The notes under the pieces are model-generated. The model was not told where the DNA came from. It searched no databases and worked only from the letters and a program-made list of their open reading frames with translations. A stretch of 64,000 nt of DNA. Origin: a virus. The DNA is taken from positions 1 through 64,000 of the IMG/VR virus record IMGVR_UViG_3300032116_015700. One strand, 5' to 3'. Made by a program: the position numbers and the translations under genes. Below are positions 39,101-46,800 of the stretch, piece by piece. The first letter of the stretch is position 1, and each line of letters starts with the position of its first letter.

Positions 39101-41763
39101 AGATTTATTGTTTCGGTATTAATTGTAGTTGTTGTACCACTTACAGTTAAGTTACCAGTAATTGTTGCATTACCAGTCACTGTCAATAATGTACCATCAA
39201 AAGTTAAATTACTTTCAACAGTACCATTTGGTGCACTTCCATTTAATGTGATTACACCATTATCAGTTGTACCAGTTAATGCTAATAAACCAGATGAACC
39301 ACCACTACCTGAAGTTCCTGCAGTTCCACCACTACCCGATGTACCCGATGTGCCACCACTACCAGAAGTACCAGATGTACCACCACTTCCTGCGGTGCCT
39401 CTTGTACCAGATGAACCACCACTACCTGCAGTTCCAGATGAACCACCGCTACCCGATGTGCCGGCAGTACCACCACTTCCTGCACTACCGGATGTGCCTC
39501 CGCTACCAGCAGTACCAGATGAACCTCCACTACCTGCAGTTCCAGATGAACCACCGCTACCCGATGTACCAGAAGAACCTCCACTACCTGCAGTTCCAGC
39601 AGAACCAGATGTACCTCCACTACCAGATGAGCCAGCAGAGCCACTTGTTCCTGCTGAACCAGAACTTCCCGAAGAACCTGCTGAACCAGATGTACCCGAA
39701 GTACCACTATCTCCTGTTCTTACAAAATCAAGAACCAATTGTGCGTTATTTGAAGGAAGTGTACCACTTACATAAGAAACAGGAATTTTAAAATAGCCTG
39801 ATGCGTTTGTTACCGCGCCATTAACTAAAAATATATTATTAACAGTACCACTATCTCTTGAAGATAATACTACATATCCTCTAGCTCCTAATGTTGTACT
39901 ATCATCCCATGTATTAAGCCATGCTAATTGGTTATTGCCATTTTGGTCTAAAATATCAATATAGATAAATGTTACTGAACCGATTGTTGCATTATTATAC
40001 TGAACCTTACCATTACCAGGATCAGTATCAGTTATTATTGTACTAAAATCATACTTGATACCACCACTTTGTCCACTTGTACCACCACTACCAGCAGTTC
40101 CTGCTGAACCAGATGTACCAGATGTGCCGGCACTTCCAGAAGTACCTGTTGTACCAGATGAGCCGGTTGTACCTGAAGTGCCTCCACTTCCAGATGTACC
40201 CGAACTACCACCAGAACCAGAACTACCACTTAAACCCGATGAACCTGCTGAGCCGGATGTACCCGCAGTGCCTCCACTACCAGATGTGCCAGAACTACCA
40301 GATGTACCTGATGTACCTCCACTACCTGAAGAACCTGCACTACCACCTGCTCCTGTAATACCAGAAGAACCCGTTGAACCGGATGTGCCAGAACTACCTG
40401 AACTGCCTGATGTTCCTGATGTTGATGAAGAACCCGAAGAACCGGATGTACCTGCACTACCACCTGCGCCTGAAATGCCAGATGTACCTCCACTACCTGC
40501 TGTACCAGCACTACCTCCGGTACCAGATGAACCATTTGTACCAGAACTACCTGATGAGCCAGAAATACCGGATGAACCCGTTGTACCAGAAGAACCTGTG
40601 CTTCCCGAAGAACCACCACTACCTGCAGTACCCGTTGTACCTGCCGAGCCGGTTGTACCAGATGAACCGGTTGTACCAGATGAACCCGAACTACCAGAAC
40701 TTCCTGATGAACCCGAACTACCTGAAGAACCAGAAGTTCCTCCGCTACCCGATGTACCACCGGAACCAGATGTGCCTCCTGAACCAGAAGTACCACCGGA
40801 ACCAGAAGTTCCTCCACTACCAGAAGTACCTGATGTACCTCCGGATCCAGAACTACCTGAACTACCACCACTACCAGATGTACCAGATGTACCACCACTA
40901 CCCGAAGTTCCTGAAGAACCCGAGCTACCAGATGTGCCACTTGTACCACCACTACCAGAACTACCTGAACTACCACCACTACCTGATGTACCAGAGCTGC
41001 CGCTTGAACCAGAAGAACCTGATGAGCCTCCACTACCTGATGTGCCAGAAGTACCAGATGTACCAGATGTTGCTGCTGCAAATCTTCTACCTACTCTGCC
41101 TGTTGTTAAGTTTACAACTAAAACTTCATTCGTTGTATTATCAGTAGGTATTGTATCACCAGTAACTCCTATTGAGCCACTTACTGAAAGTGAACCTGTA
41201 ATTTCTTGTCTATCTGATGTTGCATCACCAAATTTATTTGAACCACTTGCATAGATAATTGATGATGATATGAATGTTGTATGTAATTCGGTTGTAGTAA
41301 TTTTTCCACCAACTACTAAATTATTTGCAATTGTTGCATTACTACCAATTGTTGCACTTCCACTTACTATTAAAAAATTATCAATAGAAACACCAGTGTT
41401 TACAATCAAACCTTTATTTGGTGAAATATTTGCAATTGCTGAACCAGACTTTAGTTGATTCAAATCCCCAATTGCAGATGCATTAATATTAAATAATCCA
41501 CCACCATCGCCTCTAAATAAAGAAGCCGATATTGATGATGAAATATTTAAAGAACCGGTAATTTGTACATTACCTAAAATTTGTATCGGAGAATTAGATT
41601 GTGATACAATTAAATTTGTTTGTACACCAGAAGCACTAAAACTACCAACTATACTCACCGATGCAGATGAAAAGTCAGCAATTTTACTTCCACTTACAAA
41701 TAATCCAATTAAGGATGAACTTAATTGATTTAAACCATTAGGACTTTTACCTAAATACTCCAT
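33145..41763 (-). CDS. Giant tail fibre with Gly-Ser/Thr triplet tracts, modular distal domains and C-terminal peptidase S74 intramolecular chaperone
   Basis: C-terminal PSDRRLKDNV...LRGVEFDW...GFIAQEVE plus coiled coil (S74); 8 IFYD..N..YY.DP repeats; G-x-x tracts. Confidence 0.85.
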   Translation of the reverse strand: MEYLGKSPNGLNQLSSSLIGLFVSGSKIADFSSASVSIVGSFSASGVQTNLIVSQSNSPIQILGNVQITGSLNISSSISASLFRGDGGGLFNINASAIGDLNQLKSGSAIANISPNKGLIVNTGVSIDNFLIVSGSATIGSNATIANNLVVGGKITTTELHTTFISSSIIYASGSNKFGDATSDRQEITGSLSVSGSIGVTGDTIPTDNTTNEVLVVNLTTGRVGRRFAAATSGTSGTSGTSGSGGSSGSSGSSGSSGTSGSGGSSGSSGSGGTSGTSGSSGSSGTSGSGGTSGTSGSGGSSGSSGSGGTSGTSGSGGTSGSGGTSGSGGTSGSGGTSGSGGTSGSSGSSGSSGSSGSSGSSGTTGSSGTTGSAGTTGTAGSGGSSGSTGSSGTTGSSGISGSSGSSGTNGSSGTGGSAGTAGSGGTSGISGAGGSAGTSGSSGSSSTSGTSGSSGSSGTSGSTGSSGITGAGGSAGSSGSGGTSGTSGSSGTSGSGGTAGTSGSAGSSGLSGSSGSGGSSGTSGSGGTSGTTGSSGTTGTSGSAGTSGTSGSAGTAGSGGTSGQSGGIKYDFSTIITDTDPGNGKVQYNNATIGSVTFIYIDILDQNGNNQLAWLNTWDDSTTLGARGYVVLSSRDSGTVNNIFLVNGAVTNASGYFKIPVSYVSGTLPSNNAQLVLDFVRTGDSGTSGTSGSAGSSGSSGSAGTSGSAGSSGSGGTSGSAGTAGSGGSSGTSGSGGSSGTAGSGGSSGTAGSGGTSGSAGSGGTAGTSGSGGSSGTAGSGGSSGTRGTAGSGGTSGTSGSGGTSGTSGSGGTAGTSGSGGSSGLLALTGTTDNGVITLNGSAPNGTVESNLTFDGTLLTVTGNATITGNLTVSGTTTTINTETINLADNIITLNSNFTSGAPTENAGIEVRRGSSATVSFYWDESNDRWTADNTLYVNGNVVLTGTIDTGQGATEVYLMNQNLRTTDNVTFNQVTANTFVGSLSGNATTATTATFINVQDTRATASTPQTQNANQGVRFDFKQNSTNGLNDGGTYNGVMYFRKYGSTTDWSGGGANELGFTDNGNMWLRYGSSTSWGAWKRIMDTTSYPYAANMNQDVRTTDSPTFANATIAGHYYTSNNGSNIAIRSQNNNSDVGLLLQNSGGSYKVQIYGTGANYGFLNGAWASWDIRKEVNGNMFLNNQSTYYLNGSEIFYNRVYGVTDMRSPIYYDYNDTYYYLDPAGSSRLNTVYPQNLGGATLNVRSTDVGVNGSGIYEAITFIDGTVVQAHVSTGNGNPSGCYQWYTTEWVEVNAEKDYEFIVWVRSTGNDNLYVGWNEQRTDGTGISSNPYFHTSPLNTGGTWVKLVHKFRSWRTPSPQGNTEGVDRYASTSSNVIDNTNSNADGVMHSSTRRVQMRFGTCYGGVNGSKTYFYAPRIREATHEEFKQSVTIPYWNGSSYGGRLRFGYNDWGYTGIGMYGAAGEFRMSSDSGDLNVRVDGWGIYNNYLQTYIFYDLANSAYRIDGDGQSRLQQLAVGSSGAAWDVSGINVNGDMGITGANFIYFGHSNGSLGSWQTRTYASGGRQIWNLNGFEFNRTGYGGNLVLYSDSSERVGISTSDFSYTASDNSATVGSITNNRLFINGSVQLLGNNDAIVFGRGTSTFLKDEELRFGWGGGWYMQDSTWIRSSGGRNVYVDSYIRAQGSFRVGSEYSIWGTYGTYSAYLTRMAYISFDWNASYDLYYYHGIASTDLNGSFSDSISINSFNDIILRVDSNDNNNNSYVRFMDNTSGNNQFAYIGRESGSPIAYFGGSVYGTIFYDANDSGYYIDPNSTSQSAGRMRGGILFGPNPTWGAYLYVGTDGRQGLVDSGTPSVASTNGNLHLDAGSGYQLYLNYYDGNVIYFGGGAYNNWGEFSSGIFYAYNQMRSPIFYDYNNTGYYVDPNGNSNIYSLTSGYFYVNGYGYDTSNSDQWPYIYWLRAGSWDEGLIKHSTSRGYWGREGFGIHMSSSKSFSILTSGWTGVAQFHPDGHLWVRDQMRAGIYYDANDTTYYVNPAGDSRFSGIYLSGISSSSNGIYFYGVVGDNPGSYNHTALIERIWRNGDESELLLFKGNDPDTSTIHDRLRVAATGRIVFHSTATYGNVNDYISAAGTGNIEGSGYFYGGEFHVPGNIQTPIMYDRNNSGYFVDPAGRSRLSSMDYGNGGYYLAGGSWGYRHNTPYGYIEFGPANSSHAHIYTDRSNFYYNVYEMYLNGYRVAMYNWWVGNMYLGSGGDFYATIFYDSNNSGYYINPDGGSSMNQVTTNNLYIRPGYMLHSDPGGWTGEHYKLQWHSSHMYGQIYGNGYFIMRYGSDGLESHQFARDGNYWNRYMGWMSNYINQNVRTDAGPTFQEVYVNGWFRNNTSGHGLYNQNRGMHWYSNNGYWKSAGGGYGYGGIVMYNNYESDLRGYAGYWDGSGFGMLNSSGNWQIRIEYGNAHMELYRVTWANDMRAYIFYDRGDTGYYMDPNSRSQWLGLENRGKGNISLTGRSNWRRPQDYTGDVYYWTGNMGWGTTDFNWVMDWGSGDIDTWSNPANQPPGTSHWVGVQSYHYTWSYNSGYGWQLVGGPVDRLWFRNSWPNNSGWKAQVDSNNRGEYCIPTYDYNHYSRVYFTYNRGYYATQTDSAMCQPYSTGNNGAFMSFHKGGYYALNLGLDGDNVVRWGGWSSRWQRYYLNDDTIGTPYVVRANFDNYGGGGMWVSDDGDLADVNDGYLSLRASYGLRIFSGNRGGGANINLRYDGVIIASNNIIAYGSPSDRRLKDNVKFYENALEKVLKLRGVEFDWKEGTDEYETTGLRHDIGFIAQEVEDIEPLLVRADEAGYLAIRDRAMPALLVNAMKEQQAQIEELKAKVKMLEEKLGLG
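39290..39712 (-). repeat. Gly-X-Y (X,Y = S/T/A/G) triplet tract 2 of the 2872-aa fibre
   Basis: GTSGTSGSAGSSG... about 140 aa; boundaries approximate. Confidence 0.9.
40060..41070 (-). repeat. Gly-X-Y triplet tract 1 of the 2872-aa fibre
   Basis: About 335 aa of G-[ST]-[STAG]; boundaries approximate. Confidence 0.9.
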
Positions 41764-41775
41764 TCATTACAACTT

Positions 41776-42108
41776 TTATGTTATCTCCAATACCGAAACA
41801 ATTACATCCGCTGAACTAGCTAATGATGATGTTACTGAAAGAAAATCTCCAGTCTCCAATACTAATTTTTGTTCACCACCAACTAATACGTTAGAACTAC
41901 CAGGTAAAATTAATGAATCCTTTACTAAATACGCTGTTTTATTGGAAGAACTATCTCTTACCATCACACTAACAGAAATATTTTGAGAATTTACATTTGC
42001 TACACCAACTCCAATTACGGTTGTTGATGTGTTTGCAGGTGTTGTATAAACTGTCACACCTGTTGTTCCAATTGAACCTGTAATACTATTTTTAAAAGCG
42101 TTTGCCAT
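41776..42108 (-). CDS. Small beta-rich virion structural protein
   Basis: VYTTP...VIG..VAN...KLVLETGD...VSVLEI; paralogous to both ends of the 54418-55350 protein. Confidence 0.6.
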   Translation of the reverse strand: MANAFKNSITGSIGTTGVTVYTTPANTSTTVIGVGVANVNSQNISVSVMVRDSSSNKTAYLVKDSLILPGSSNVLVGGEQKLVLETGDFLSVTSSLASSADVIVSVLEIT

Positions 42109-42119
42109 TTATTCTAATT

Positions 42120-42401
42120 TTATCCTAAAGCTATTGCAAATGCAATTGCTGAATCTAAAACATTTACTCCATCTACTAAATATCCTCCAGCAGTTAAATT
42201 CATAGAACCTGTCATTCTAATTGAACCACTAACTGATAAACTATTATTTACAACAAGATTATCAAATGATGCTTGTTGTACATCAATAGTACCTTTAAAA
42301 GAACCCGTCACCGAACCAGTAAACGAACCACTCAAATCCGCATATGCGTTATTTCTATCTTGAATGATTGAACCTGAAAATATGGGGCTGTGAATTACCA
42401 T
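42120..42401 (-). CDS. Small fibre-associated structural protein
   Basis: SGSFTGSVTGSF motifs shared with the giant fibres; ends AIAFAIALG. Confidence 0.6.
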   Translation of the reverse strand: MVIHSPIFSGSIIQDRNNAYADLSGSFTGSVTGSFKGTIDVQQASFDNLVVNNSLSVSGSIRMTGSMNLTAGGYLVDGVNVLDSAIAFAIALG

Positions 42402-42449
42402 TTTACCTTAATTATTAAACTTATAGGTATAAATATAAAACAATCCCAA

Positions 42450-42893
42450 TTAAGGTTTTACCGGCCATACTATATTAAAAGGGGTTGTTTGTGTTGTCAC
42501 ATCTCTTAACTGTTGTCTATACGATTGCCAAATTGTTTTAGTTTCATTTGGAATATCAGCTAATTGTGTCCAATCACATTCTATTAATAATTCGTTTCTA
42601 ATTTGTCTAATTTCTTCCCACTTAATTTCTATTCTATTATCTATCTCACTTTGCGAGGCGTTGGTTTGAACCCAATTTTGATAATAAACACCATCTACTA
42701 ATATTGGTGTTCCTTCGGTAATATTTTTTGTATAATCATTTGGTTTTGGGGTTTGTCTTACTTCAAATATATTATATTCATTCATTACCGATTCCGTCAT
42801 CTCTGATGGGAAACTGATTCGCGGATTATCTTCTCTTAATTGTTTTAAAGAGTAAGGATATGTTGTTTCATTATTTACAATTCTTAAATACAT
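42450..42893 (-). CDS. Tail fibre assembly chaperone
   Basis: WEEIRQIRNELLIECDWTQLAD...WQSYRQQLRDV...WPVKP. Confidence 0.8.
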   Translation of the reverse strand: MYLRIVNNETTYPYSLKQLREDNPRISFPSEMTESVMNEYNIFEVRQTPKPNDYTKNITEGTPILVDGVYYQNWVQTNASQSEIDNRIEIKWEEIRQIRNELLIECDWTQLADIPNETKTIWQSYRQQLRDVTTQTTPFNIVWPVKP

Positions 42894-42895
42894 AA

Positions 42896-43795
42896 TTACT
42901 TAAAGTTTAATGGAATTGAAGCAAAATTAGATAAACCTGTGCAGTTATTAAAACAATCAACTCCCGATGGTGTTGGTACTCTATTCCAAAGTTCTGGTGC
43001 TGTACCTGTTAAAGAATTTGTAGTTGTACTCATATTGTAACAACTATTAAAAATTGTTACAGAAGTATTAAAGGTAAATTGTAAAACGTTTGTTAATGAT
43101 AAACAGTTTCTAAATGTACCCGAAAAGTTTGTTGCTAATGTGTTTTGGTCAAATAATGTTGATGGTACTGATGTTAAACCGGTACACGCAAAAAAGCAAG
43201 AAGAAAATATAGTTGCACTTGTATTTGCATCAAATAATCCCGAAGGCACTGTTGATAACGTTGGTATGGATGAAAACGTATCCGAAAATGTTGTTGCTAA
43301 AGGAGAGAATGCAAATATATCCGAAGGTATCGTTGTTATACGTGTGGCTCTCATAAAATTTGCAAATGAACGCATTTCATTTAAGCCATCGTAGCCACCA
43401 ACTGCACTCATACTTGCACTTGAAGGTATAGATGTAATATTTACACATCCATAAAAATTTATAGTTCTAGAACCAACACTACCCCATTGAACAATCGCTG
43501 TTATTAAATTTCTAATTGATGCCGAATTATTTACTGTAAAGCCAGGCATTAATCCGCTAATTGTAATTGTATATGTTCCAGCAGAAACATAAGTATGAAT
43601 TCTTGCTACCGAAGAAGAAGAAGTTATTAAACCAGAATTAGAACCATCTCCCCAATCTATATTAAGATTTGGAGAAAGACCTCCAAAATCAGATAATGGA
43701 CAAGTAAAAACGGTGTTTGCCGCTGTTGTTGTTACTTGAAATTTAAAAGGAAACGTTTCTTCTCCCGTTGGTATTAATTTTCTTGCTATACTCAT
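42896..43795 (-). CDS. PKD-like + BspA/LRR-like repeat protein (possible fibre-tip adhesin)
   Basis: IDWGDG...HTYVSAGTYTITISG (PKD-like), then roughly 25-aa repeats F..C..LTSVPS.LFD.NT.AT.FS. Confidence 0.65.
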   Translation of the reverse strand: MSIARKLIPTGEETFPFKFQVTTTAANTVFTCPLSDFGGLSPNLNIDWGDGSNSGLITSSSSVARIHTYVSAGTYTITISGLMPGFTVNNSASIRNLITAIVQWGSVGSRTINFYGCVNITSIPSSASMSAVGGYDGLNEMRSFANFMRATRITTIPSDIFAFSPLATTFSDTFSSIPTLSTVPSGLFDANTSATIFSSCFFACTGLTSVPSTLFDQNTLATNFSGTFRNCLSLTNVLQFTFNTSVTIFNSCYNMSTTTNSLTGTAPELWNRVPTPSGVDCFNNCTGLSNFASIPLNFK

Positions 43796-43806
43796 AACTC
43801 TAATTA

Positions 43807-46800
43807 TTAACTAATATTTTTTCCTACTACAAATCCGTAATATGTTGTACCACCATTAAATGTAAAGAATGTTAATACATCCGTACCGGCTGATGTTAAT
43901 ACAGGTGCTGTACCACCTGGCCAATCAACACTTGCTGGCCATGTTATAGCAAATGCTCCCGCATTTACTGTTGTTAAAGTAAATCCAAACGCGTTTGAAG
44001 CAGGTGGATTACTAAATGCTATTGTTGCGGCTCCATTAAATTGTCTTCTAAAGTTATTACCGGTTGAAAGGTCAATTGTTACACTTCCACCAGTTCCTTG
44101 GTCTGCATAAGTTTCTCTAAATGTTGTTGCTGATATGAAAGTACTTGCAGCAATTGAAGTTGTTACTGTCACATTTCCGGTAATAGCCAATGTACTACCA
44201 TTGAATGTCATATTATCTTCAACTCTTACATTCGGAGGTGTTCCTTCTAATGTTAATACACCATTATCAAGCGTACCACTAAATGATGCGAATCCAGAAG
44301 TACCATTTGTACCATTTACACCAGAACTACCGTTTGTCCCCGATGTTACTCCTAATGCTGAAGTACCAGACGTTCCACTTACACCAGCACTACCCGATGT
44401 ACCAGATGAAATTCCTGGTGTTGATGTGCCCGAAGAACCCGATGTTCCACTAAATCCATCAGTACCAGATGTACCAGAAGTAAAGCCTGGAGGAGTTGTT
44501 CCTGAAGTACCTGATGTACCTGCGTCTCCTTGCGAACCTTGTGCTCCAGATGTACCAGAAGTTCCACTACTTCCAAAGAATGTACCATTTAGACCAGAAC
44601 TACCAGAAGTGCCAGATGTACCATCGGTACCTGTACTACCAGAGCTTCCAGCTGAACCATTTGTTCCATTTACACCCGAAGTGCCATTTGAACCAGAGCT
44701 TCCTGCAGTTCCACTACTTCCAAAGAATGTACCATTTAGACCAGAGGAACCCGAACTACCAGATGTTCCATCAGTACCACTTACTCCAGAACTACCTGCG
44801 GTGCCAGTTGAGCCTGAACTACCCGATGTTCCACTACTTCCAAAGAATGTACCATTTAATCCACTGCTACCTGAACTACCTGAAGTACCAGATGTTCCAC
44901 CGGTTCCGTCCAATCCAGATGAACCTGCGGTACCTGTACTACCCGAACTTCCTGCGGTACCAGATGAACCAAAGAATGTACCATTTAATCCTGAACTACC
45001 AGAAGAACCTGATGAACCAGCTGAGCCAGTTGTACCTCCACTACCAGATGTACCCGATTCGCCTGAAGAACCAGAAGAACCCGATGAACCACTACTACCA
45101 AAGAATGTACCATTTAGACCAGAACTACCTGAAGAACCCGAACTTCCACTTATACCCGATGTACCGTCTACGCCACTTGTCCCTCCGGTGCCCGATGTAC
45201 CTGTGGTACCAGATGAACCAAAATAAGTTCCATCTAAACCAGATGTACCTCCACTACCCGAAGTGCCATCAGTACCAGAGAGCCCGCTAGAGCCTGAAGT
45301 TCCATCTAATCCAGATGAACCTGCAGTACCAGTGGTACCGTTTGTACCCGATGTACCCGAACTTCCAAAATATGTACCATCTAAACCAGATGTACCTGCT
45401 GAGCCAGTTGTACCATCCGAGCCGCTACTACCAGAGCTTCCTCCACTACCAGATGAACCAGAACTACCCGAACTTCCCGATGTACCTGATGAACCAAAGA
45501 ACGTTCCATTCAAACCAGAAGAACCGGATGAGCCAGAACTACCAGATGTACCGGATGTGCCTCCACTTCCACTACTACCATCGGTACCAGATGAGCCGGA
45601 TGTGCCACTACTTCCATCTATACCACTCGTACCATCAGAACCAGTTGTACCAGATGAGCCCGTTGTTCCTGAACTACCAGATGAACCTGCACTACCCGAT
45701 GAACCTGCTGAACCAGATGAGCCATCAGTACCGCTACTACCATCACTGCCAGAGGTGCCCGAAGTACCTTCAGAGCCGGTTGTACCAGAAGACCCGGTTG
45801 TACCAGATGAACCTGATGTTGATGATGAACCCGATGAACCCGAACTACCTGAGCTTCCACTTGTACCATCAATTCCACTTGTGCCATCAGAGCCAGTTGT
45901 ACCGGATGAACCCGTTGTGCCACTGCTACCTGCGGTGCCAGAACTTCCTCCCGAGCCGGAACTACCATCAGTACCCGAAGAACCTGCAGTTCCAGAGGAA
46001 CCAGAACTACCCGATGAACCTGATGTACCCGAACTTCCTGAACTTCCTGATGAACCTGAGCTGCCCGCTGAACCGCTACTACCATCAGTACCAGATGAAC
46101 CATCACTTCCGCTTGTACCAGAACTACCCGAACTTCCTGAACTTCCTGATGAACCAGATGTGCCAGATGTACCCGATGTACCGGATGTGCCATCAACACC
46201 TGAAGAACCTGCAGTACCAGAGCTTCCAGATGTACCCGAAGAACCTGTTGTACCAGATGAACCCGTTGTGCCTGAGCTGCCACTAGTACCACTACTACCA
46301 GATGTTCCTGAACTTCCAGAACTACCAGATGAACCTGATGAACCTGTGGTACCAGAACTTCCACTTGAGCCAGAACTACCCGAACTACCAGATGTTCCCG
46401 ATGTGCCATCTACTCCGCTTGTTCCTGAACTTCCTGAAGTACCTGCTGAACCCGTAGTACCAGATGAGCCGGAACTTCCTGAGGTGCCACTTGTACCGGA
46501 TGTGCCCGATGTGCCTCCACTACCTGAAGTACCTGATGTGCCCGCTTCACCACTACTACCTGAAGTTCCCGAAGTACCAGATGTACCATCTGAACCAGAT
46601 GTTCCCGATGAGCCTCCACTACCAGAACTACCACTTGTGCCGCTTGTACCAGATGTACCACCCGTACCTGCAGTTGCAGATGAACCAGAACTTCCTGATG
46701 TACCAGAACTTCCTGAGGTGCCAGATGAGCCTCCGGTACCAGTTGTACCTGATGTGCCTGCAGTACCTCCTGAACCAGAAGTACCTCCACTACCTGATGT

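Noticed and set aside
33145-43795. Diversity-generating retroelement or invertase shufflon acting on fibre tips
   Set aside because: No reverse transcriptase, recombinase, template/variable repeat pair or inverted cassettes were seen in the window.
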